From Armatimonadota bacterium (GTDB lineage Bacteria; Armatimonadota; SYMT01), in the NCBI GenBank assembly GCA_041690135.1, contig JAWLHY010000007.1, positions 128,001 through 192,000 of the forward strand: a stretch of 64,000 nt of DNA, written 5' to 3'. The translations under genes and the position numbers were made by a program. A model generated the notes under the pieces. It made no database searches. It was not told the DNA's origin and saw only the letters and a list, made by a program, of their open reading frames with translations. This document shows, piece by piece, positions 1-8,809 of the stretch; within the stretch, counting starts at the first letter, position 1, and each line of letters starts with the position of its first letter.

Positions 1-624
1 CATTCGCTGCTCCTTTCGAGGAAAGCTATTTGGCGGCGAATGCTTATGTTCCTGCACTTCCAGCCAGCGCATGCGGTGGCGCTGCCATGGCGCAATAGCC
101 TGCTGTGGCCCTCTTGCCTGCGGCACCTGGAGGGTCCAGCGGAGGTTGCGGAAGTGGAACTGCAGGTGCCGGCCGTCTTCGGACCAGATGAGAGTGTTGT
201 GTCTACCCCCATGATCTGAGACACACATCAATCGAGAAGTCCAGCGACAAAGGGGTACGTAGACTGGAGCAAGAGCGAACTGATCCCCGTGCTGCAGAAG
301 TTGCGGTGGCGCCAATAGCGCCGATGATGAAAGTCGTAGGCCTCGCCGCCGCGGGCGAGGCCCGTTTCGGTGGGCGCCCGTGACGCTTGGACGTGAGCAC
401 CAGATGAGCCGGTACTGGGCTGGGTAACTCTCGAGAGCCTGGGGGGCAAGGGGCGCGCGGAAGTTTGGTGCGGGCGCCATTCGGTGTAGGAAGGAAAGAG
501 CGACCGTCATTAGTCACGGCGGCGGTGCGAACCCGGGATTTCACGAGCGCGCGTGCACGTGGACGAGGCAAGTCGCTCCGAATGGACAGGATCTACCTCA
601 CAGTTCCGTTCGCTCGCCATCTGG

Positions 625-2157
625 ATGCGAGGGAAGGCAGTTGTGATCCTCTACCCGGCACTTGTCATTGTGGGGGTTGTGGTCCTTTGGGGGATCCTTT
701 CCCCGTCGAGTCTCGGGACAGCAGCCGACGCAGCCCTGGCATTTACCACCCAATCCTTCGGCTGGTTCTACCTCTGGGTGGTATTCGGAGTGGTGATTTT
801 CTGCCTCTATCTCGCGTTCAGCCGGTACGGGAGTCTGCGGCTCGGGAAAGAGGACGAGGAGCCGGAGTTTTCCGGTACGGCCTGGTTCGCTATGCTGTTT
901 GCGGCCGGAATGGGGATCGGCCTGGTGTTTTGGGGAGCGGCGGAGCCGCTTCTGCACTACCAGAAGCCGCCGCCGGGAGTTGAGCCCAGATCCCCAGAGG
1001 CCGCGAATGCCGCGATGCGCTACGCCTTTTTTCACTGGGGTTTGCATCCGTGGGCTATCTACACGGTGGTGGCCCTGGCAATTGCCTTCTTCCAACGTCG
1101 GGAAGGCGGAGGGATCACTTTCAGCGCAACCATGCAAGGGCTGGGAGGCAATCCCCGGGCGCTCTGGATGCGGGTGATCGACCTCTTTGCGGTGGTGGCC
1201 ACCGCCTTTGGAGTGGCCACTTCGCTCGGGCTGGGGTCGCTGCAGATCAACAGCGGTCTGAATACGGTGTTCGGACTTCCGATCGGCGTGGGCTACCAGA
1301 TCGGGATTATTGTTGTCACGACAGTGCTCTTCTTGCTCTCCGCACTCTCAGGAATTGAGCGCGGCATCAAGTGGTTATCTACCACGAACCTGGTGATTGC
1401 AGCGCTCCTCATGGGGGCGGTCTTCCTGCTCGGTCCCACCGGCGCCATCCTGGACACGTTCACCAATACGCTGGGCAGTTACCTGAGCGATCTTGTGCGG
1501 ATGAGTCTTCGTCTTACTCCATTTCGCGGCACTACCTGGGTAGGTGACTGGACGATTTTCTACTGGGCCTGGTGGCTCTCCTGGGCGCCGTTTGTGGGCC
1601 TGTTCATCGCGCGGGTATCGCGGGGTAGGTCCATCCGGGAGTTCGTGATCGGAACGTTGCTGGTTCCCTCGCTGCTGTGCTTCGCGTGGTTCTCCATCTT
1701 TGGGGGCACCGGGATATACCTGGAGATATTCCGGCAAGTGCCGTTGGCCGCCGCCGCAGAAATGGATCCCTCCATTGCCATCTTCCGGCTCTTCAGAGAA
1801 CTGCCGTTCACTGCTGTGCTCTCGGTGGTGGCCACCTTGTTGGTGCTCATCTTCTTTATCACCTCGGCGGATTCCGCAACCGTGGTCCTGTCCATGCTGA
1901 GCTGTCACGGCGATCCGGACCCTCCGATGCGCATCCGGTTCGTCTGGGGAGTGCTGGTCTCACTTGTAGCCGTGAGCTTGCTGCTGGCAGGCGGTCTGAA
2001 AGGTATCCAGTCCGCGGCTATCGTTGCGGCACTCCCATTCGCGGGGGTGATTGTGCTCCTTTGCATTTCACTGCACCGCGCCCTGGCCCGCGAGTGGCAA
2101 CAGCAGGAATTGGAGCGGCGCGAAATGTGGCGTCGACTGCAGGGGCGGGTCCGCTGA
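625..2157 (+). CDS. BCCT family (betaine/choline/carnitine) transporter
   Basis: Motifs WFAMLFAAGMGIGLVFWGAAEP, FHWGLHPWAIY and WTIFYWAWWLSWAPFVGLFIARVSRGR; about 12 TM helices; ATG 625 preferred over GTG 553. Confidence 0.95.
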   Translation: MRGKAVVILYPALVIVGVVVLWGILSPSSLGTAADAALAFTTQSFGWFYLWVVFGVVIFCLYLAFSRYGSLRLGKEDEEPEFSGTAWFAMLFAAGMGIGLVFWGAAEPLLHYQKPPPGVEPRSPEAANAAMRYAFFHWGLHPWAIYTVVALAIAFFQRREGGGITFSATMQGLGGNPRALWMRVIDLFAVVATAFGVATSLGLGSLQINSGLNTVFGLPIGVGYQIGIIVVTTVLFLLSALSGIERGIKWLSTTNLVIAALLMGAVFLLGPTGAILDTFTNTLGSYLSDLVRMSLRLTPFRGTTWVGDWTIFYWAWWLSWAPFVGLFIARVSRGRSIREFVIGTLLVPSLLCFAWFSIFGGTGIYLEIFRQVPLAAAAEMDPSIAIFRLFRELPFTAVLSVVATLLVLIFFITSADSATVVLSMLSCHGDPDPPMRIRFVWGVLVSLVAVSLLLAGGLKGIQSAAIVAALPFAGVIVLLCISLHRALAREWQQQELERREMWRRLQGRVR

Positions 2158-2184
2158 GGTGGCGCGGTGCAGCGTACGAAGAAG

Positions 2185-2211
2185 CAGGCTAGAGAACGCT
2201 TCTCTAGCCTG
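2185..2211. terminator. Hairpin between the convergent BCCT gene and tRNA-His
   Basis: caggctagagaa-cgc-ttctctagcctg, 12-bp perfect stem. Confidence 0.6.
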
Positions 2212-2227
2212 TCTCTGGATTATCTAG

Positions 2228-2301
2228 GGCGAATGAGGGGAATTGAACCCCCGGCCTCTAGGGCCACAACCTAGCGCTCTAGCCACTGAGCTACACCCGC
2301 C
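2228..2301 (-). tRNA. tRNA-His(GTG)
   Basis: Reverse complement GGCGGGTGTAGCTCAGTGGCTAGAGCGCTAGGTTGTGGCCCTAGAGGCCGGGGGTTCAATTCCCCTCATTCGCC folds as a cloverleaf; anticodon GTG; G-1:C73 identity pair; CCA not encoded (CTA follows). Confidence 0.95.
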
Positions 2302-2393
2302 GCATTCAGTTGGTTAGGGATCGCTACCACCGTCAAAAGACAAGTGGTTGCCCCGGACGCAACTGCGCCGAACCTGTGGGGTCCGGCACGCGC

Positions 2394-2422
2394 ATTATGG
2401 CATGGGCTCTTTTTCGTGTCAA
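2394..2422 (-). promoter_or_regulatory. Sigma70 promoter for tRNA-His
   Basis: TTGACA-17 nt-CATAAT on the minus strand. Confidence 0.7.
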
Positions 2423-2455
2423 TAGTCCCCAGACGGATAGGGGCTTGAGAAAATA

Positions 2456-2490
2456 ATTTGATGTCAAATCGTTTAGTGTCGGCATATAAT
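2456..2490 (+). promoter_or_regulatory. Palindromic operator and -10 box upstream of the pirin gene
   Basis: ATTTGA-TG-TCAAAT palindrome at 2456-2469; TATAAT at 2485-2490. Confidence 0.5.
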
Positions 2491-2602
2491 GCGGTGGATG
2501 GCCGATAAGACGCTCCCAGGCGGGGCGTGAAGCCGTCTACGAGGGTAAACGGAGGCGGCGGGTGCGGTCCCGGAATGGGGAGCCGCGACGCCGGGAGGAG
2601 TT

Positions 2603-3304
2603 GTGATGATCAAGGTTCGACGGTCGGAGGAGCGGGGGCACGTGCAGCTCGGTTGGCTGGATACCCGTCATACTTTTTCTTTTGGCGAGTACTACGACGA
2701 GGAGCATATGGGCTTCCGGTCGCTGCGGGTCATCAACGACGACCGGGTGGCGCCGGGCCGAGGATTCGGGACGCATCCGCACCGCGATATGGAGATCCTC
2801 ACCTACGTGCTGGAAGGCGCCCTGGAGCACCGGGACAGCATGGGGAACGGGGCGGTCATTAATCCAGGCGATGTTCAGGTGATGAGCGCGGGGACCGGGA
2901 TCACGCACAGCGAATTCAACCCGTCGCCGTCGGATCCGGTCCATCTCTTGCAGATCTGGTTCCTGCCGGAGCGAAAGGGTCTAACTCCCCGATACGACCA
3001 GAAGCTGTTCTCGCGGGAGGAGCGCCAGGGCACGCTGCGGCTGGTGGCCTCGCGGGACGAGCGCGACGGCTCGGTGCTGATCCAGCAGGATGCAGCGCTG
3101 TATGCAACGCTGCTAGACCCCGGACAGAGCGTGGACCATGCGCTGCAGGAGGGCCGACATGCTTGGGTTCACGTGGCCCGGGGATCGGTCACCCTCAACG
3201 GGGTGGCTCTGCAGGCCGGCGACGGTGCGGCGGTGAGCGAGGAGTCCCGCCTGGAGTTGACCGGCGTGGAGCCGGCGGAAGTGCTGGTGTTTGATTTGGG
3301 TTAA
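2603..3304 (+). CDS. Pirin family protein (YhhW-like)
   Basis: [41 protein letters not shown]. Confidence 0.95.
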   Translation: MMIKVRRSEERGHVQLGWLDTRHTFSFGEYYDEEHMGFRSLRVINDDRVAPGRGFGTHPHRDMEILTYVLEGALEHRDSMGNGAVINPGDVQVMSAGTGITHSEFNPSPSDPVHLLQIWFLPERKGLTPRYDQKLFSREERQGTLRLVASRDERDGSVLIQQDAALYATLLDPGQSVDHALQEGRHAWVHVARGSVTLNGVALQAGDGAAVSEESRLELTGVEPAEVLVFDLG

Positions 3305-3387
3305 GTCGGTGTTCGGGTGTTCGGGTGTTTCGAGGTACCTGACCACCTGAATACCTGACCACCTGAAAAGCGCTACGGAGGAATGAG

Positions 3388-3978
3388 ATGACAAACGCAC
3401 CGAGAGTATTGGTTTTCGCGGGGTCGTCCCGCGAGGGCTCGTTCAACAAGAAGTTGGCACGGTTCGCGGCTCGTGCGGCGCGGGAAGCGGGCGCGGAGGT
3501 GACCTACCTGGACCTGCGGGAATACCCGCTGCCGATTTATGACGGCGACCTGGAGGCGGAGCAGGGGCTGCCGGCGAACGCGCGAGCCCTGAAGGATCTC
3601 TTCATCGCACATGACGGTTTACTCATCGTCTCGCCGGAGTACAACAGCTCCGTGACGGCTCTTCTGAAGAACACCATCGACTGGGTCTCGCGCCCGGTAG
3701 AAGGCGAGCCGGCTCTGGCAGCATTCAGCGGGAAGATCGCGGCCATTCTGAGTGCCTCGCCGGGGGCGTTGGGTGGTCTGCGCGGACTGGTTCATCTCCG
3801 AGCGATCCTGGGAAACCTCGGAGTGCTGGTTCTTCCGGACCAGTTGGCGATCTCGAAGGCACACGAAGCATTCGACGCGGAGGGGAATTTAGCCGACGAC
3901 CGGCAGAGCGCGGGGGTCCGGAAAATCGCCATGGAGCTCGTCCGGGTGGCGGAAGCGCTTCGGAAGGATGAGGGATGA
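3388..3978 (+). CDS. NADPH-dependent FMN reductase
   Basis: GSSREGSFN, SPEYNSS, LKNTIDWVSR, SASPGALGG. Confidence 0.93.
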   Translation: MTNAPRVLVFAGSSREGSFNKKLARFAARAAREAGAEVTYLDLREYPLPIYDGDLEAEQGLPANARALKDLFIAHDGLLIVSPEYNSSVTALLKNTIDWVSRPVEGEPALAAFSGKIAAILSASPGALGGLRGLVHLRAILGNLGVLVLPDQLAISKAHEAFDAEGNLADDRQSAGVRKIAMELVRVAEALRKDEG

Positions 3979-4035
3979 AGGCGGAAGGGGCCTCCGGCCG
4001 ATTAGGATGAGGACGAAGATTAGGATCAGGAACGG
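3961..4035 (+). repeat. Purine-rich dispersed repeat; a copy lies inside the CDS at 21566-21700
   Basis: Two exact 16-mers, ggatgaaggcggaagg and cggccgattaggatga, shared with 21581-21625. Confidence 0.7.
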
Positions 4036-4237
4036 CTGGGGACAGGGATGAGGAGTTGGGGGATCAAGGTGGATGGCTGGGGTGTGGTGGGCACTCGAGT
4101 GGTTGTGAGAGCGGGCGTAGGAGTAGGAAGCCATCCCTCGGATCCCAATGCTGCGCTTGGTCATTGGCGGCCTGGAACACGCAATAGGACTAAGCAATTC
4201 GGATTACGCAATACGCAGTATGCGGAGGCGATGAACC

Positions 4238-4816
4238 ATGGCAGGTGAAAACATCCAGTGGCGGCACTCCCTGGAAGAGGCTCAGAACGAGGCACGGCAG
4301 CAGAATAAGCTGCTCCTGGTCGATCTATTCAACCCTGGGTGAGGCGGCTGCAAGACAATGGGTGCCGTGACGTACCCGGATCAACAGGTCGAGCAGCTCA
4401 TTCAGGAACATTTCATTCCGGTCCAGTTCAATGTGGCGGAGCAGCCGGAAGCGATGGAGCAGTTCAACACGCCCTGGACCCCCACGCTGATCGTGATGGA
4501 TCCGGACGGCAAGCAGCACCGCCGCAGCCAGGGTTACCTGGACCCGCAGCGGTTCATCGCGGAGATGTCGCTGGGGCGGTTGGTGGCGCCGATCGATCGC
4601 CAGGAGTTCGACCGGGCGCAGGCGATCGCGGGTGAAGTGAGTGCGGCTACCCAGGGAGATCCGACCCGGGAGCCGGAGGCGCTCTATTGGGCCTCGGTGG
4701 CGCACTACAAATCGTCCGGCGACGCCAACAACCTGCTGGCCGGTTGGAACCGCCTGCTGGATGAGTTTCCGGAGAGTGAGTGGGCGAAGAAGGTGAGTTT
4801 CATCCGTCAGGGATAA
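4238..4816 (+). CDS. Thioredoxin-fold selenoprotein (UxxC) with C-terminal TPR-like helices
   Basis: ATG 4238 with GGAGG RBS; MAGENIQWRHSLEEAQNEARQQNKLLLVDLFNPG-(TGA 4340-4342)-GGCKTMGAVTYP is in frame with the 4358 ORF; cis-Pro motif WTPT; hairpin at 4360-4377. Confidence 0.85.
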
Positions 4817-4973
4817 GAAGCGTGCCGAAGGCCGCTTGGAGGCGAATGGGAGAAGGGAAGAATGGGGGAGTGGGGGGCTGACCAGGCGGTGCTCCCATTC
4901 CTATTTTTCCCTTTCATGCGTTCCCTCCGGTGAAACGCAGCGGAGGCGTGTATCCCGGAAGGGAAGGGCGTTT

Positions 4974-5016
4974 AGCTCCGGTTAATCTTCTTATGGGAGG
5001 ATTAACCGGAGCTTTT
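4974..5016 (+). terminator. Long hairpin (terminator or operator) upstream of the phosphoesterase
   Basis: agctccggttaatc...gattaaccggagct, 14-bp perfect stem followed by a T run. Confidence 0.55.
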
Positions 5017-5068
5017 CCGTGTACCGGGGCACTCCCGGCCATGTGCATCCTCTGAAAACACGCTCTTC

Positions 5069-6646
5069 ATGCGCAATCTACTCATCCCTGCCACGATGGC
5101 GGGACTCCTGTTCACGGCGGTTTACACCGTCCGGGCCGGCGCGGGCCGGTCCACTCCCTCCCAGGCGGCGCGTGGCGTCGTCTTTCATGACGCGGACCGC
5201 GACGGCCGCCGCGACTCCGGCGAAGCGGGTTTGCCCGGTGTCCGCGTCTCCAACGGTCGTGAGATCGCACTCACCGACCGCCAGGGCCGGTGGGAACTGC
5301 CGGTCAGCGACGACACGATCTTCTTCGTGATCAAGCCACGCGGCTGGATGACACCGGTCGACGAGAAGATGTTGCCGAAGTTCTACTACACCCACAAGCC
5401 CAACGGCTCGCCGCAGCTCAAGTATGGCGGCGTGGCGCCAACCGGCCCGCTGCCCGCCTCCATCGACTTCCCGCTGCACCGGCAGAAGGAGCCGGACCGG
5501 TTCCGGGCGCTGTTCTTCGGAGATCCCCAGCCGCGCGACCAGAAGGAAGTGGAGTACATCGGCCACGACGTGGTGGAGGAGTTGATCGGCACGGACGCCT
5601 CCTTCGGCGTCACTCTCGGCGACATCACCTTCGACGACCTCTCGCTGTTCGACAGCATCAACGGCACCATCGCCCTGATCGGGATTCCCTGGTACAACGT
5701 CATCGGCAACCACGACATCAACTACGATGCCGCGAGCGATCGTCACTCGGACGAGACGTTCGAGCGAGTGTACGGCCCGTCGTACTACTCCTTCGATCAC
5801 GGCCCGGTCCACTTCATCGTGCTGGACGACATCGCCTGGAGCGGCCGGACGCCGACCGACCGCGGCAAATACACGGCGGGATTGGGGCCGGATCAGGTGG
5901 AGTTCATCAAGAACGACCTGAAGCTGGTGCCCCAGAAGCAACTCGTGGTGCTGATGATGCACATCCCGCTCAACGAGATCAAAGACCGCCAGGACCTCTA
6001 CCGCCTGATTGAGCAGCGGCCTTACACCATGTCGATCTCCGGGCACACCCACTACCAGGAGCACCGGTTTATCACGCGGGATGATGGCTGGCGGGGTCCG
6101 GAACCTCACCACCACATCGTGAATGTAACGGTAAGTGGAAGCTGGTGGAGCGGCGCGCCGGATGAGCGCGGAATCCCCCACACCCTGATGCGCGATGGAG
6201 CTCCTAATGGGTACTCCATCCTGACGTTCGACGGCCACCGCTACTCTTTCGATTTCCGCGCGGCCTCACGGTCCAAAGAGTACCAGATGAACATCTACGC
6301 GCCCGAGGCCATCGAGGCCCGAGAAGCGGGGATGACCGATGTCCTGGTGAACGTCTTCGGCGGTTCAGAGCGCTCGCGCGTGGAAATGCGGCTGGGGGGC
6401 CAAGACTCCTGGGTGCCGATGCAGCACTATCCCACGCAGGACCCGGCCTTTGCCGTGATCAAGTCCACTGAAACGAGCGCCAGCCCACCGCAGGGGCGCA
6501 AGCTACCAAACACCATGAAGTCGCAGCACATCTGGCGTGGGGTGCTGCCGCGCTATCCCAAGCCGGGAGTGCACGAGATCCAGGTGCGCGCCACGGACAT
6601 GTTCGGCCAGGTGCACACGGGCAGCCGGGTGATCACCATCAAGTAG
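5069..6646 (+). CDS. Secreted calcineurin-like metallophosphoesterase
   Basis: Signal peptide; GDPQ, LGDI, GNHD, MMHIP and SGHTH motifs. Confidence 0.92.
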   Translation: MRNLLIPATMAGLLFTAVYTVRAGAGRSTPSQAARGVVFHDADRDGRRDSGEAGLPGVRVSNGREIALTDRQGRWELPVSDDTIFFVIKPRGWMTPVDEKMLPKFYYTHKPNGSPQLKYGGVAPTGPLPASIDFPLHRQKEPDRFRALFFGDPQPRDQKEVEYIGHDVVEELIGTDASFGVTLGDITFDDLSLFDSINGTIALIGIPWYNVIGNHDINYDAASDRHSDETFERVYGPSYYSFDHGPVHFIVLDDIAWSGRTPTDRGKYTAGLGPDQVEFIKNDLKLVPQKQLVVLMMHIPLNEIKDRQDLYRLIEQRPYTMSISGHTHYQEHRFITRDDGWRGPEPHHHIVNVTVSGSWWSGAPDERGIPHTLMRDGAPNGYSILTFDGHRYSFDFRAASRSKEYQMNIYAPEAIEAREAGMTDVLVNVFGGSERSRVEMRLGGQDSWVPMQHYPTQDPAFAVIKSTETSASPPQGRKLPNTMKSQHIWRGVLPRYPKPGVHEIQVRATDMFGQVHTGSRVITIK

Positions 6647-6674
6647 CCCGCGCGTCCAGTCGAGGCGAACGGAA

Positions 6675-6705
6675 AACGGGCGGGGTTGCGGCCCCGCCCG
6701 TTCTT
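6675..6705 (+). terminator. Rho-independent terminator
   Basis: aacgggcggggt-tgcg-gccccgcccgtt followed by a T-rich tail. Confidence 0.7.
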
Positions 6706-6710
6706 GTATT

Positions 6711-7030
6711 TGGGGGGAATACTCTGGCGATTGCCATCGAACGTGGGGTGTGCGTAAGAGATCCGAACCCGTTGGAGGCTGAGGTGGGAGTCCGGACGGT
6801 AGTCCAGGGTTCGGAGGCGGTGGTCGCAAGGGGAACCCGACTGGCGTCGGGACTCCCAGCCCGCGCTGAGGACGGGAGCAAACACCCTGGTAATCGCCAC
6901 GGATCGTGAGGGTTGCTCCAGGTTGCCGAACCGGTCTGAGTTCGAGAGGGGAGTCCGGACGCTAGTCCGGGGTTCGGGTACGGTGGTCGCAAAGCTGCCG
7001 GACTAACGTCCGGACTCCCATCCCGCACTA
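6711..7030. repeat. Two tandem ~163-bp units, each carrying a REP-like palindrome
   Basis: gggagtccggacg..tagtcc ... ggactccc at 6786-6857 and 6949-7019; the spacers are also similar. Confidence 0.75.
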
Positions 7031-7229
7031 CGGGATGAGTGCAGCTTCTCCGGCGACCGCAGCGCAGCGTGCTGCACCTCTGCCACGCGGACTATCCGTG
7101 GTCCGAAGGGAGATCCCGATTGCACCATCACGAGGACCGGGAATGACATCGCAAGTTCGCCGATGCAATCGGTGAATCCACACGGAAGCACGCGTCCGGT
7201 GCCATGGAACCAGGAAGGGCTACCATGGC

Positions 7230-7265
7230 GAAAGGCCGGCGCGGTGTTGTTCGCGCCGGCCTTTC
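7230..7265. terminator. Hairpin downstream of the DUF1501 gene
   Basis: gaaaggccggcgcg...cgcgccggcctttc, 14-bp stem. Confidence 0.65.
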
Positions 7266-7303
7266 TTCTCCTTCAATCTGTGCAATCTGTGGCTACCACA
7301 TCC

Positions 7304-8791
7304 TCAGGCGATGATGTCATGCACCACGTGGCCGTACACGTCCGTGAGGCGGAAGTCGCGGCCGGCATAGCGGTAGGTCAGCTTCTCGTGGTCCAGACCC
7401 AGGAGGTGAAGGATGGTCGCGTGCAGGTCGTGCATGTGGACCTTATTCTCCACCGCGTAATAGCCGAACTCGTCCGTGTTACCGTAGCGAATGCCGGGTT
7501 TCACGCCGCCGCCCGCCAGCCACATGGTGAACCCGTGCGGGTTGTGGTCCCGGCCGTCCTTGCCTTCGGCGGTGGGGGTCCGGCCGAATTCACCGCCCCA
7601 GATGACCAGGGTATCTTCCAGCATGCCGCGGGACTTCAAGTCCTTGATCAGCGCGGCTACCGGCTGGTCCGTCTCGGCGGCATTCTTCTCGTGGCCGCCC
7701 TTCAGGTTGCCATGTTGGTCCCACTTGAAGCTGTGGCTCACCTGCACGAAACGCACCCCGGCTTCCAGGCAGCGGCGGGCGAGCAGGCATTGGCGGGCGA
7801 AGTCGTCCGTCGGTTGTTTGTCCACGCCGTAGAGGTCGAGCGTCGCCTTGCTCTCCTGGCTCAGGTCCAGCAGCTTCGGGGCGTGCATCTGCATGCGGAA
7901 GGCGAGTTCGTAGGACTGGATCACCCCTTCGAGCTGTGATTCCACTTCTCGCTGGTGCTGGTACTCGCGGTTCATCTCCTGCAGGAGGTCGAGCTGGCGG
8001 CGCTGCAGGTCGGCCGGAGTCCGCGGGTTCTTCAAGTGGTTGAACTGCACCTTCGAAGCCGGGGTGCCGGCCTGCCCGAGGGACGTGCCCTGGTACACGG
8101 CGGGGAGGAAGGCCGGTCCGTAGAGCTGTACGCCTCCGTGGTCCGGCGTGGGGCAAATGGTAACGAAGCCGGGCAGGTTCTGGTTTTCGGTCCCCAAACC
8201 GTAAAGGATCCAGGCCCCCACGCTTGGACGCACGAAGGTGGCATCGCCGGTGTGGAGCTTCAAGACCGCCTGTCCGTGCGCCTGGCCTTCCGTGTGCATA
8301 CTGCGGATGATACAGAGATCATCCACCACCTCGGCCTGGTGGGGGAAGAGGCTGCTGACGTCGGCTCCCGACTCGCCATACTTTTTGAACTCCCACGGCG
8401 ATTTCGTCAGCTTCCCGTTCGGGTCGATAATGCCGACCGGCTGCTCGAACGGCAGCGGCTTGCCGTGATCGGCGATCAGGCGGGGCTTCGGGTCGAACGT
8501 ATCGATCGCCGAAGGCCCGCCGTGCATGAACAGGAAGATGACACGCTTGGCGCGGGGCTGGTGATGCGTGGGCCGGGGCAACAAGGGGCCGCGGCCGGTG
8601 GCCTCTGCCAGGGTGGCCGGCTTCGTTGCCGCTTCCGCCTGAGCTGCGAGCCCGCTCAGGCCCGCGAAGGCGGTGTACCCGAAGCCGGTGGCACAGACTT
8701 TCAGCAGATCTCGCCGGGTTTGAGGCCGGATGATATGGGGCGTGCGGCCGGTGCATTCACAGGCCATTCCCTGGGTTTCCTCGTGTTGCAT
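7304..8791 (-). CDS. DUF1501 domain protein (Planctomycete type, Tat signal)
   Basis: TRRDLLK, AKRVIFLFMHGGPS, WGGEFGRTP, GRDHNP. Confidence 0.92.
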   Translation of the reverse strand: MQHEETQGMACECTGRTPHIIRPQTRRDLLKVCATGFGYTAFAGLSGLAAQAEAATKPATLAEATGRGPLLPRPTHHQPRAKRVIFLFMHGGPSAIDTFDPKPRLIADHGKPLPFEQPVGIIDPNGKLTKSPWEFKKYGESGADVSSLFPHQAEVVDDLCIIRSMHTEGQAHGQAVLKLHTGDATFVRPSVGAWILYGLGTENQNLPGFVTICPTPDHGGVQLYGPAFLPAVYQGTSLGQAGTPASKVQFNHLKNPRTPADLQRRQLDLLQEMNREYQHQREVESQLEGVIQSYELAFRMQMHAPKLLDLSQESKATLDLYGVDKQPTDDFARQCLLARRCLEAGVRFVQVSHSFKWDQHGNLKGGHEKNAAETDQPVAALIKDLKSRGMLEDTLVIWGGEFGRTPTAEGKDGRDHNPHGFTMWLAGGGVKPGIRYGNTDEFGYYAVENKVHMHDLHATILHLLGLDHEKLTYRYAGRDFRLTDVYGHVVHDIIA

Positions 8792-8809
8792 TCCTACTTC
8801 CTGCCTCAG

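Noticed and set aside
203-571. Small ORFs upstream of the BCCT gene
   Set aside because: No motifs or RBS. Only the CAT at 1-3 with an upstream AAAGGAG suggests a gene starting off-window.
1-2227. Genomic island integrated at the tRNA-His 3' end
   Set aside because: No integrase or att duplication visible in the window; cannot be supported.
3305-3368. 8-mer microrepeats (ggtgttcg, acctgacc)
   Set aside because: Ordinary short low-complexity intergenic repeats with no further structure.
6711-7030. Possible CRISPR array
   Set aside because: Only two units, the spacers are homologous, and there are no cas genes in the window.
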